A stretch of DNA of 64,000 nucleotides from contig CAZFZE010000010.1 in NCBI GenBank assembly GCA_964522885.1, forward strand, positions 11,915 to 75,914, given 5' to 3'. Below, piece after piece: positions 37,003 to 46,336 of the stretch. Source of the DNA: an uncultured Ignavibacterium sp. Lineage in GTDB: Bacteria > Bacteroidota > Ignavibacteria > Ignavibacteriales > Ignavibacteriaceae. The notes under the pieces are model-generated. The model had not been told where the DNA came from. It saw nothing but the letters and a program-made list of their open reading frames with translations, and did no database searches. The translations under genes were made by a program, and so were the position numbers. Every line of letters begins with the position of its first letter. Position 1 is the first letter of the stretch.

Positions 37003-37482
37003 CTATCTAAAAAACCAATAACTGAAAATAGTTGAAAGTCTGACAGTATCTTGTGAAAATGGCGTATAAATTTTTATTGATAATTTTTTATGCCAGGTTT
37101 TTGCCGTTGTGAAACCGTTAGGATCTGATGGATTTATGTAATCAACTCTGCATACTGATGTAAAAGGGATTGTAAAAACAGTATCGGTTTTTACATAACC
37201 GTTATAATCATCAAAATCATCATATACACCCGGAGATTCAATTACAAAAGGTGCAGATGTAAGGGTTGATAGACTTGATACAGCATCCTCTTTTGTTTTG
37301 TCATCAAAAGGGAGTTTGCTGGCGTCCTCTATAATTGATGTACCGATTGAAGTAGCTAATACCCCTATTTTTGAATTTAATGCAACTTCATCAGTTCTTA
37401 AAATTCTGGTATTTACACTCATTATATTCAGTGATAAAAGTATAAGAGCACCAATTGCAAATAAAGATTGCCCTAAGTTCAT
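37003..37482 (-). CDS. hypothetical pilin-like protein with N-terminal hydrophobic helix
   Basis: MNLGQSLFAIGALILLSLNIM anchor. It is the first gene of a tightly packed three-gene unit (9-nt and 9-nt gaps). Confidence 0.3.
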   Translation of the reverse strand: MNLGQSLFAIGALILLSLNIMSVNTRILRTDEVALNSKIGVLATSIGTSIIEDASKLPFDDKTKEDAVSSLSTLTSAPFVIESPGVYDDFDDYNGYVKTDTVFTIPFTSVCRVDYINPSDPNGFTTAKTWHKKLSIKIYTPFSQDTVRLSTIFSYWFFR

Positions 37483-37822
37483 ATTTACCTGATTAAATGT
37501 TAATTAGTTAGCAAAATTTAACAATATATATGCCATTTATTTAACTAGAATTAAATTTACAATTATCAAAAATTTGTAGAAAAATTAAGTCCCAAAATGA
37601 GAAAGTTGAATGAGTTGTATTACTATTTAATTTTTATCAATTTTCAAATAATTGAAGAATTATTTTTTCCTTTAAATTGTATCGATACCGGTAATAATTA
37701 CCGATGAAAATAGATTATAAAAATTCATTATTTTTAAAATTATTGGACATTTTAATCAACAAACCTTAAATTTGTTTTAAAATTGAGTTAATTGAATTAT
37801 CCACTAAAAATTGGAGGCTGTT

Positions 37823-38251
37823 ATGGCTTTTTCTTTAAATAAAATTATGCTAATCGGAAACTTAGGACGTGATGTTGAAACACGATTTACTCCAAACAAT
37901 ATATCTGTTTCTAATTTTTCACTTGCTACAACATATAGCTACAAAGGGAAAGATGGCAATTGGGTAAATGAAACTACATGGCATAATATTACTGTTTTTA
38001 ACTTATCTGATTTTATGAAAGAACAATTGAAAAAAGGGAAGAAGGTTTATGTTGAAGGTAGATTAACAAAAAGAGATTACACTGATAAAGATGGCGTTAA
38101 AAGATATTCAGTAGATGTGATTTCAGAAAAAATTATTCCACTTGAAAGCACAGGCGGAGAGGGAGTTAATGGAGATGCTGAAGAATACTCTTCCAACAAT
38201 ACTGTGAATGAACCTCCTCAGATTGAAAATAACGATGATTTACCTTTTTAA
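37823..38251 (+). CDS. ssb: single-stranded DNA-binding protein
   Basis: NKIMLIGNLGRDVE.R.T, an OB fold and the acidic tail DDLPF. The ATG at 37823 follows GGAGG. Confidence 0.93.
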   Translation: MAFSLNKIMLIGNLGRDVETRFTPNNISVSNFSLATTYSYKGKDGNWVNETTWHNITVFNLSDFMKEQLKKGKKVYVEGRLTKRDYTDKDGVKRYSVDVISEKIIPLESTGGEGVNGDAEEYSSNNTVNEPPQIENNDDLPF

Positions 38252-38278
38252 TATTATAAATCAAGGATGTTATAATAT

Positions 38279-39565
38279 TTGGAAATTGAATGGTTCTTTA
38301 AGATTCTAATTATTTTTTTACTGCTTTTAGGATCAGCTTTTTTTTCTGGATCCGAAGTAGCGTTATTTTCTTTGGATAAGAAAAAACTAGATTTAAATTT
38401 TGATCAAAACGGAATTTTACATCGTTATCTTACAACTTTAATTTTATTTCCAAGGCGGCTACTTGTTACAATACTGATTGGTAATACAATCGTCAATGTG
38501 GCCGCTTCTATTGTTGCAGTTTCAATTGCAGTTGATATTTCTTCACATTTCAATATTCCAATTGAAATAATTCTAACAATTCAAATTTTATTACTTACAA
38601 TTCTTATATTAATTTTTGGTGAACTATTACCGAAGATAATCGCCTCAAAAAATCCTGTTAAGTTTTCAAAGTATATTGCAATCCCACTAACGATTTGCAA
38701 TCTGATAATTTACCCTGTTGCAGAATTTATAGCCGAGATATTAAGACTAACGGCCAAAAAAATAAGTTTTAATAAAAATAAATCAGCACTTTCTAAAGAT
38801 GAATTAGTTGAGCTTGCAAACATTAGTAAGGAAAGAGGAGCAATTGAAGAAGGGGAGCATTCTTTAATAAGCGGGATAGTGATGTTTGGATCACTTACCG
38901 TTCAGGAAGTAATGACACCGAGAGTGGATATTATTTCAGTTTCAATAAATGATAATTTTGATGATGTGGTAAGAACTATTACAGCTTCCGGTCATAGCCG
39001 TATTCCGGTTTACAAAAATAATCTTGATGAAATTGTGGGAATTTTATTTGCTAAAGACCTGATTAAATTTATTAATAATAAAAATATTGTAAAAGATTTT
39101 TCACTAAAAAGCTTAATTAAAAAACCATTATTTATTCCGGAAACAAAACTTATAAATGAATTGTTGAAAGAATTTCAGATAAAAAAAATCCATCTTGCAA
39201 TTGTTGTTGATGAATATGGCGGAACCGCGGGATTAATTACACTTGAAGATATCATAGAAGAGGTATTGGGTGAAATTTGGGATGAATACGATAAAGCAGA
39301 AAATGATATTATAAAACTGGATGGAAATCGATTTATTGCACTTGGCAAAACGAAATTAGAAGATCTGAATGAACAAATCAATTCGTCAATTTTAATAGAT
39401 AACGATTTTGATACTCTTGGAGGATTCATTTACAACAAAGCGAGTAGTATTCCGAAAGAAGGTTTTTCTTTTGAGGAAGGAGAATTCAGATTTACTGTGA
39501 AGGAAATTCAAAAGAAAAGAATTAAAAAAGTTTTGATTGAAAAAATAGAATCAGACCCCAAATAA
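38279..39565 (+). CDS. CNNM/TlyC-family transporter (DUF21, CBS pair, CorC_HlyC)
   Basis: N-terminal TM DUF21 region, CBS pair (VMTPR.D ...) and the C-terminal transporter-associated domain. Confidence 0.9.
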   Translation: MEIEWFFKILIIFLLLLGSAFFSGSEVALFSLDKKKLDLNFDQNGILHRYLTTLILFPRRLLVTILIGNTIVNVAASIVAVSIAVDISSHFNIPIEIILTIQILLLTILILIFGELLPKIIASKNPVKFSKYIAIPLTICNLIIYPVAEFIAEILRLTAKKISFNKNKSALSKDELVELANISKERGAIEEGEHSLISGIVMFGSLTVQEVMTPRVDIISVSINDNFDDVVRTITASGHSRIPVYKNNLDEIVGILFAKDLIKFINNKNIVKDFSLKSLIKKPLFIPETKLINELLKEFQIKKIHLAIVVDEYGGTAGLITLEDIIEEVLGEIWDEYDKAENDIIKLDGNRFIALGKTKLEDLNEQINSSILIDNDFDTLGGFIYNKASSIPKEGFSFEEGEFRFTVKEIQKKRIKKVLIEKIESDPK

Positions 39566-39628
39566 AATTATTCTGTTTGTTTTCAAATTTTACAATTAGA
39601 TTTACACAACTAAATTTTGGATTTACTT

Positions 39629-40537
39629 ATGAAAGACGAAAAAAGGACGGAAATTAAAGTTGGGATAACCGTATTAATTGGGATTATCATTTTTCTCTGG
39701 ATATTAGGTTGGGCTAAAAATTTTTCACTTAAATCCAATGAACAAAATGTTTATGTAAAATTTGAGAATGTTGCCGGACTTGAAATCGGGGATCAGGTAA
39801 CTGTAAATGGATTACGCAAAGGCTATGTAAAACAAATGGAAGTTAAAAACAATTACGTTTTAGTTGATTTATCTTTAGATAAAGATGTGAACCTTAAACA
39901 AGATGCCACCTTTGCAATTTCTATGCTTGATTTAATGGGTGGCAAAAAAGTAGAAGTATTTCCGGGACAATCACAATATCCATTCGACTTTAATAAAACT
40001 GCTGATGGAAAATTTTACGCTGATATTCCATCTGTAATGTCTTTATTCGGATCTGTGCAAGATGATCTTGTAACAGTTCTAAAAGATGTTAAAGTTTCAA
40101 TCCATTCAATGAATAAATATTTGACAGATGAAAAACTAAGAGGTGAAGTAAACAACTCAATTGCAAACCTTAACTTATTGACTCAAAAACTGAATACAAT
40201 ATTAAATGAAAACCGAAATGATATAAAGGCTCTTACATCCAATGCTGTTGAGCTTACAAATAAGAGTAATGAGTTGTTAACAAATAATAAAGAAAATATT
40301 CAGGAAATATTTAAAAATGTTAAAACTGTTTTTGAAAAAAGTGACACACTTTTAGTTAAACTTAATGCTTTAACAACGCAAACTATGAATCAAAAAAACA
40401 ATCTTGGTAAATTATTATTTGATGACTCGATAATTAAAGATCTGAAATCATCATTAAAACAAGTAAATGAATTAACATCAATTTTAATTGAGCAGTTAAA
40501 AGGTGATGGAATTAATGTTGATGCAAACATTTTTTAA
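39629..40537 (+). CDS. MlaD/MCE-domain protein with long coiled-coil C-terminus
   Basis: TM anchor, then VKFENVAGLEIGDQVTVNGLRKGYV (MCE core). Confidence 0.8.
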   Translation: MKDEKRTEIKVGITVLIGIIIFLWILGWAKNFSLKSNEQNVYVKFENVAGLEIGDQVTVNGLRKGYVKQMEVKNNYVLVDLSLDKDVNLKQDATFAISMLDLMGGKKVEVFPGQSQYPFDFNKTADGKFYADIPSVMSLFGSVQDDLVTVLKDVKVSIHSMNKYLTDEKLRGEVNNSIANLNLLTQKLNTILNENRNDIKALTSNAVELTNKSNELLTNNKENIQEIFKNVKTVFEKSDTLLVKLNALTTQTMNQKNNLGKLLFDDSIIKDLKSSLKQVNELTSILIEQLKGDGINVDANIF

Positions 40538-40556
40538 CTCAATGGAATGAGCAAGA

Positions 40557-40937
40557 ATGGTTCTTGGAATCGGGATTGACATAATTGAAATTGAAAGAAT
40601 CAAGCAAAGTGTTGATAAGTTTGGAGAATCTTTTCTGAATAAAATCTATACTCAGAAAGAGCTTGATTATTGTCTGTCAAAGTTTAACAAATATCAACAT
40701 TTAGCTGCAAGATTTGCTGCAAAAGAAGCCATTTATAAAGCTATTGCAACCGGATGGGGAAAAGATGCAACTTGGAAAAGTATAGAAATAACAAATGAAA
40801 TAAATGGAATGCCAATCGTTTCATTTACAGGTAAGCTTAAGGATTTTGTTTCAGATGATAAAGCTATAAAAATATCATTAAGTCATTCAGATAATTACGT
40901 CGCCGCAGTTGCTATTGTCTATAGAAATAATTTGTAG
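40557..40937 (+). CDS. acpS: holo-[acyl-carrier-protein] synthase
   Basis: MVLGIGIDIIEIERI, FAAKEA..KA and ISLSHS motifs. Confidence 0.9.
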   Translation: MVLGIGIDIIEIERIKQSVDKFGESFLNKIYTQKELDYCLSKFNKYQHLAARFAAKEAIYKAIATGWGKDATWKSIEITNEINGMPIVSFTGKLKDFVSDDKAIKISLSHSDNYVAAVAIVYRNNL

Positions 40938-41013
40938 CAAAATAAATACAATCAATTGGAATTGTAAAACAAATTTGTAATCATTAGTTTTATTTATAAT
41001 AAATTAAATTATT

Positions 41014-41214
41014 ATGGATTACGGTTGGTATAAATATTTCAATTATGGTTCAATAGTATTTGTAGCAATACTTTTGATACTGATTTTAACTGATTTAATT
41101 CCAAGAAGTCTATACACACCAATCTTAATTTTAACTGTCATTATTTTCGTATTAAGAATTGTTGCAAGAATATATTTTTCGTCAAAGTCTAAAAACAAGA
41201 ATCAGGAGGGTTAG
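41014..41214 (+). CDS. hypothetical small membrane protein (2 TM)
   Basis: 66-aa ORF with two hydrophobic helices. There is no other support. Confidence 0.3.
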   Translation: MDYGWYKYFNYGSIVFVAILLILILTDLIPRSLYTPILILTVIIFVLRIVARIYFSSKSKNKNQEG

Positions 41215-41303
41215 TCTTCGAAAGCTCTATTCCCACAAATGGTAAACTAAATTCGAAGGTTCTGGTTTTAAATCAAAGTTACGAACCGCTTACAATCTGC
41301 AAT

Positions 41304-41750
41304 TTGAGGAAAGCAATTGTCCTGATTTACTTAGGAAAAGCAGAGACAGTAATTAATGATGAGAGAAAGTCTCTTCACTCCATAAATAAAACTTACCCAT
41401 GGCCAAGTATAATTAGAATTTCAAAATTCGTAAAAGTGCCTTATAAAAAAGTAGTAATGACAAGAAAAAACATTCTGAGAAGAGATGGTTTTAAATGTGC
41501 TTACTGTGGAAGATCCGATATACCTTTAACAATTGATCATATCATCCCAAAAGCACGTGGCGGAGATGATACATGGGAAAATCTTGTTGCCGCTTGTACC
41601 ATTTGTAATAATAAAAAAGGTGATAGAACTCCCGAGGAAGCAAAGATGAGATTATTATTCCAGCCATTTAAACCAAGCCATATTGTTTTCATTAAGAATG
41701 TTGTTGGCAGGCTTGATGAAAGATGGAAACCATACCTATATCTATCCTGA
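41304..41750 (+). CDS. HNH endonuclease (5' end uncertain)
   Basis: CAYCG ... DHIIP..RGG..TWENLV.AC..CN..K motif. The reading frame is open and looks conserved (KVLVLNQSYEPLTICN) back to 41193, with no canonical in-frame start. Confidence 0.75.
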   Translation: MRKAIVLIYLGKAETVINDERKSLHSINKTYPWPSIIRISKFVKVPYKKVVMTRKNILRRDGFKCAYCGRSDIPLTIDHIIPKARGGDDTWENLVAACTICNNKKGDRTPEEAKMRLLFQPFKPSHIVFIKNVVGRLDERWKPYLYLS

Positions 41751-41806
41751 TTATTTAGATCAATATTATTATCTTTCGTTACATTTTTTAAAAAATTAAA
41801 TATCTG

Positions 41807-42787
41807 ATGCAGAAAAAAAGAATATTAAGTGGTATGCGCCCAACAGGTAAATTACATCTTGGGCATTATGTAGGTGCACTCGAAAACTGGGTAAAGCTAC
41901 AAAATGATTATGATAGTTTTCACCTTATAGCTGACTATCACGTACTTACAACAAGTCTTGTTACTAATGAAATTTATCAGAACTCAATTGATATGTTGAT
42001 TGATTGGCTTGCTTCAGGTTTAGACCCGATAAAAAGTCCTATGTTCAGGCAATCACAGATTAAACAGCATACTGAATTGCATTTGATATTCAGCATGCAA
42101 ATAACTGTAAACAGGTTGGAGAGGAATCCCACTCTAAAAGATCAAATACGTGATTTGAATATTGAGCACGTTATATATGGACATTTAGGTTATCCAGTTC
42201 TGCAAACTGCTGATATTCTATTATATAAAGGTGATGCTGTTCCTGTTGGAGAAGATCAGGTGCCACATGTCGAAATTTCTAGAGAGATTGCAAGAAGATT
42301 TAATAATCAATATGGTAATGTTTTCCCGGAACCTGAAGCTCTGCTTACTAAATTTGCACGTCTTCCCGGTCTTGATGGAAATGCTAAAATGAGTAAATCT
42401 TTAGGAAATACTATTTTGCTTTCTGATGAACCAGAAACTGTTAAAGCAAAAATGAAGAAAGCAGTAACTGATCCGAATAAAGTTAGAAAAGGCGATCCTG
42501 GAAATCCCGATATTTGCCTTGTGTTTGAATATCATAAAAAATTTAATCCCGAAGAAGTAAAAGAGATTGAAGCGGGATGCAGAAGTGGCGAATTAGGTTG
42601 TTTCGATTGCAAAATGAAATGTGCAGCAAAAATTTCAAATTTTCTTGAACCAATAATACAGAAAAGAAAATATTATGAAGAACGTCTTGATGAAGTAAAG
42701 GATATATTGTTTGATGGTGAGAAAAGGGCATTAAAAGTTGCCTCAGAAACAATGAATGAAGTTCATAAAGTTATGAAGTTAGGATAA
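41807..42787 (+). CDS. trpS: tryptophan--tRNA ligase
   Basis: HIGH-type motif TGKLHLGHY and KMSKS. Confidence 0.95.
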   Translation: MQKKRILSGMRPTGKLHLGHYVGALENWVKLQNDYDSFHLIADYHVLTTSLVTNEIYQNSIDMLIDWLASGLDPIKSPMFRQSQIKQHTELHLIFSMQITVNRLERNPTLKDQIRDLNIEHVIYGHLGYPVLQTADILLYKGDAVPVGEDQVPHVEISREIARRFNNQYGNVFPEPEALLTKFARLPGLDGNAKMSKSLGNTILLSDEPETVKAKMKKAVTDPNKVRKGDPGNPDICLVFEYHKKFNPEEVKEIEAGCRSGELGCFDCKMKCAAKISNFLEPIIQKRKYYEERLDEVKDILFDGEKRALKVASETMNEVHKVMKLG

Positions 42788-43506
42788 TGTACAAAATAAA
42801 ATTAGAACAGTTTGAAGGACCTCTTGATCTCCTCTTGTTTTTCATTAAGCGAGATGAATTGAATATTTATGATATTCCAATATCAAAAATAACTAAGGAG
42901 TTCCTCGATTACGTAAATCTTATCAAATTGCTCGATCTTGAAGTAGCAGGTGATTTTATCTTAATGGCGTCAACTCTCATGCACATTAAAGTAAGAATGC
43001 TTTTACCAAGAGAAGTTGATGAACGAGGCGAGGAAATCGATCCCAGAGCTGATCTGATTAAAGCTTTGTTAGAGTATAAGAAATATAAGGAAGTTGCAGA
43101 AGATTTAACTTTTCTTGAATCTCAACAAAGAAAAATAGCTTATCGTGGTAATTTTAGTTACGACTCTTCAGAAGCACCACACGAATACGAGGTTTTGCTG
43201 AAGAATATTACAATATTTGATTTGGCTAAGGCATATAAAAAAGCTATCGAAGGAATTAAACCGGTTCCTGTTCATGAAATTAAAAAGATTAACATAAGTC
43301 TTGAGGAAATGATAAATTTTGTTCTTGAAAAAATTAAAACAACAGGCAAAATGCATTTCCTTACATTAGTTCATGGTATGAGAGATAAAATTAGAATTGT
43401 AGTAACAATAATAGCTTTGCTTGAACTAGCAAAAATGCAATTGATAAGGATAGAGGAATCATCCGGCTTTAATGATTTTGTAATCTACGGTGTGGAAAAT
43501 GGATAA
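42787..43506 (+). CDS. scpA: segregation and condensation protein A
   Basis: FEGPLDLLLFFIKRDELNIYDIPI is typical of ScpA. Confidence 0.9.
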   Translation: MYKIKLEQFEGPLDLLLFFIKRDELNIYDIPISKITKEFLDYVNLIKLLDLEVAGDFILMASTLMHIKVRMLLPREVDERGEEIDPRADLIKALLEYKKYKEVAEDLTFLESQQRKIAYRGNFSYDSSEAPHEYEVLLKNITIFDLAKAYKKAIEGIKPVPVHEIKKINISLEEMINFVLEKIKTTGKMHFLTLVHGMRDKIRIVVTIIALLELAKMQLIRIEESSGFNDFVIYGVENG

Positions 43507-44152
43507 TATTTATAATACAATTATTGAAGCATTAGTGTTCTCTTCAGATGAGCCAATTACCGAAAGCGATATTATTCGAGTAATAAAAGGTATTGATGGT
43601 GAAGACATTGATATAAGTGCTTCTGATGTTCAAAATTCTATTAATGAATTAAATGAAAAATTTAAATCCGAAAATAATTCATTTAGAATTATCAGAATCT
43701 CAAACGGTTTTTTGTTTGCCACAAAAGAAGAATATGCTAAGTATGTTGGATTTTTATCATCAGAAAAAACCAAAAGAAGATTAAGTCAGGCAGCATTGGA
43801 AACACTTGCGATCATTGCTTATAAGCAACCTATAACAAAACCTGAATTAGAACAAATTCGTGGAGTTAATTCAGATTATATACTAAATACATTACTCGAG
43901 AAAAATCTTATTACCATTACCGGTAGGGCAGAGACTATTGGAAGACCTTTACTTTATGGAACAACTGATGAGTTTCTAAAATATTTTGGACTTTATAATC
44001 TTAGTGATTTACCAAAACCACGTGAAATTGAAGAGATTATGAAAGATGAAGATTTTATTGAACAAAAAAATAAAATCATGATGAATATTGTAGAAGAAAG
44101 TCTTGAACAGGAACTGGAAAATCCGGAAGAGAGAAACGATGAGGTTGAATAA
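43499..44152 (+). CDS. scpB: segregation and condensation protein B
   Basis: IEALVFSSDEP, LS.AALETLAIIAYKQPITK.E...IRGV and GRP..YGTT..FL..FGL. Confidence 0.9.
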   Translation: MDNIYNTIIEALVFSSDEPITESDIIRVIKGIDGEDIDISASDVQNSINELNEKFKSENNSFRIIRISNGFLFATKEEYAKYVGFLSSEKTKRRLSQAALETLAIIAYKQPITKPELEQIRGVNSDYILNTLLEKNLITITGRAETIGRPLLYGTTDEFLKYFGLYNLSDLPKPREIEEIMKDEDFIEQKNKIMMNIVEESLEQELENPEERNDEVE

Positions 44153-44831
44153 ATTTATTGCTGAATGTGGTGTTTGTTCCAGAAGAAAAGCTGAAGAATT
44201 AATCCAACAGGGAAGAATAACTGTTAATAAAAAAACTGTCACCAAACTTTCAACAGAAATCGATCCAGAAAAAGACGATGTATTTTTAGACGGAGAAAAA
44301 TTAAAATTCCAGCAATTCGTTTATTACCTTTTAAATAAGCCAAAAGGAGTAATCGCAACAACCAGTGATGAAAAAAATCGGACCGCAGTAACAGATCTGA
44401 TAAAAACTAAAACTAAAATTTTTCCCGTTGGAAGACTCGATGCAAACACTACCGGTGTTTTATTATTGACAAATGACGGTAACTTTGCAAATAAGCTAAT
44501 CCATCCGAGCAATAATATCATTAGAGAATATGAAGTAAAACTTGATAGAGAATTAGATTTTAAAGATGAGAAACAATTGTTAGAAGGTGTTTATCCAGAT
44601 GGTAAAAAAGGTAAATTTGATTCAATATATTTCAAAAAGAAAAAGGATCGAAAAAATTTAATTGTAAAATGTACTGAAGGCAGGAATCACTTTGTCAAAA
44701 AGATGTTCTGGACTTTAAATTACACCGTAGAAAAATTACACAGAAAAAGCTTTGCCGGTATAATTGATGATATTCCTGTTGGTTCATATAGAAAGCTAAC
44801 TAACGATGAAATTAAAAAATTATTACAATAG
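44139..44831 (+). CDS. pseudouridine synthase, RsuA/RluB family (S4 domain plus catalytic domain)
   Basis: MRLNKFIAECGVCSRRKAEELI (S4 domain) and VGRLDANTTGVLLLTNDG (catalytic Asp motif). Confidence 0.9.
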   Translation: MRLNKFIAECGVCSRRKAEELIQQGRITVNKKTVTKLSTEIDPEKDDVFLDGEKLKFQQFVYYLLNKPKGVIATTSDEKNRTAVTDLIKTKTKIFPVGRLDANTTGVLLLTNDGNFANKLIHPSNNIIREYEVKLDRELDFKDEKQLLEGVYPDGKKGKFDSIYFKKKKDRKNLIVKCTEGRNHFVKKMFWTLNYTVEKLHRKSFAGIIDDIPVGSYRKLTNDEIKKLLQ

Positions 44832-46335
44832 AATTTATATCTATCTGAGTGTATTCTTATTGGTAACAGTGAATTGTTATTCACAAGACTCATCTATTAT
44901 TAAAAAAGATTCACTTAATAAGTATTCTGCGTCTGTGCTTTCGGATTTTCAGAAAGAGATTGATGATATTTTTAATGATCAGAGCTTTAGAAATGCTAAT
45001 TGGGGAGTTGTGATTCAATCACTTAAAACAGGAGAGTATTTCTATAAACGAAATGAAGATAAGTTTTTTATTCCTGCTTCAAACTTAAAACTGTTTACTA
45101 CAGCAGGTGGATTATTACTGCTTGGACCAAATTATAAATTTAAAACAAAAATATGGACTAATGGTTATTACTCTGGTTCCACACTTTATGGTGATCTTAT
45201 AATACAGGGAGCCGGTGATCCCACAATTTCCGGAAGATTTCACAATAATGATATCAACTTTGTTTTTGATTCCTGGATAGATTCTCTGATTGATCTTGGT
45301 ATTGATAAAATAAAGGGAAATATTGTTGGAGATGATAATCTTTTTGATGATATAGGTTTAGGTGAAGGCTGGGCTTGGGATTATGAAACAGATTGGTATG
45401 CTGCACCTACAAGCGCAATTTCATTCAATGATAATTGTATTGATTTGATGATCTTTTATGATTCCAAATCTGATTCAGTTCTTATTAAACCAAGACCTGA
45501 ACTAAAAAATTTCGTGATACTAAATAATGTAAAACCAGCTGTTGGCAGTGAACAAAGCAGAATAAATGTTTATAGAGAACGAGGTACCAACGTTATAACT
45601 GTTAGTGGAAAGTTTAAAAAAGGTACTGACACCTTAGTTACGTATTCAACTGTTCGAAACCCTACTCAATTTACTATACTGGCTTTTAAGAATGAATTGG
45701 AGAAAAGGGGAATCAGGGTTAACGGATATGCAATTGATGTTGATGAGTATGACAGAATTCTGGATTATGACAAGATGACTTTGCTATTTACAAGTTACTC
45801 AAATGATTTAAGTGAAATTATTAAAGTTATTAATAAAAACAGCCAAAACTTTTTTGCGGAGCAACTTTTAAAAACCATTGGTTTAGAGATAAAGGGTTAT
45901 GGCTCTGCTGATAATGGAATTGCAGCGTTAAAGGAATTATTTGTTGAGATTGGATTGAATCCGGATAATATTTACATGGTTGATGGCAGTGGACTATCGA
46001 GCCAGAACATGGTTACCCCAAGGCAAATAGTTGAATTATTAAAATATATGTATAATAAAAAAGATATTTTCCCTTATTTCTATAACTCACTGCCAATTGC
46101 TGGTGTTGATGGGACTTTAGGACAAAGAATGAAAGGGGCTTCAACTGAAGGGAAAGTTAGAGCTAAAACAGGTTTTATTAGTCACGTAAGAAGTCTATCA
46201 GGTTATGCTTTAACAGGCGATAACGAACCTGTTGCTTTTACAATGATTGCAAATAATTTTAATGTACCAGTTAAGCTTGCAGAAAATTTGCAGGATTTAG
46301 TTTGTTTAAGAATTACAAATTTCAGGAGAAAATAA
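44806..46335 (+). CDS. dacB: D-alanyl-D-alanine carboxypeptidase/endopeptidase (PBP4, peptidase S13)
   Basis: PASNLKLFT (SxxK), DGSGLS (SxN) and KTGF (KTG). Confidence 0.85.
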   Translation: MKLKNYYNRIYIYLSVFLLVTVNCYSQDSSIIKKDSLNKYSASVLSDFQKEIDDIFNDQSFRNANWGVVIQSLKTGEYFYKRNEDKFFIPASNLKLFTTAGGLLLLGPNYKFKTKIWTNGYYSGSTLYGDLIIQGAGDPTISGRFHNNDINFVFDSWIDSLIDLGIDKIKGNIVGDDNLFDDIGLGEGWAWDYETDWYAAPTSAISFNDNCIDLMIFYDSKSDSVLIKPRPELKNFVILNNVKPAVGSEQSRINVYRERGTNVITVSGKFKKGTDTLVTYSTVRNPTQFTILAFKNELEKRGIRVNGYAIDVDEYDRILDYDKMTLLFTSYSNDLSEIIKVINKNSQNFFAEQLLKTIGLEIKGYGSADNGIAALKELFVEIGLNPDNIYMVDGSGLSSQNMVTPRQIVELLKYMYNKKDIFPYFYNSLPIAGVDGTLGQRMKGASTEGKVRAKTGFISHVRSLSGYALTGDNEPVAFTMIANNFNVPVKLAENLQDLVCLRITNFRRK

Positions 46336-46336
46336 A

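Noticed and set aside
37797-37804. DnaA-box-like TTATCCAC immediately upstream of ssb in a 328-nt AT-rich spacer, a possible replication origin.
   Set aside because: It is a single 8-mer with no cluster of boxes, and no dnaA, dnaN or other origin-linked genes are nearby. One such match is expected by chance.
41304-41750. HNH endonuclease plus upstream small membrane ORF as a possible restriction or defence or toxin module.
   Set aside because: No methyltransferase, helicase, ATPase or other defence partner is adjacent. It is embedded between acpS and trpS in a co-directional housekeeping run. Small stand-alone HNH proteins of this size are common conserved genes.
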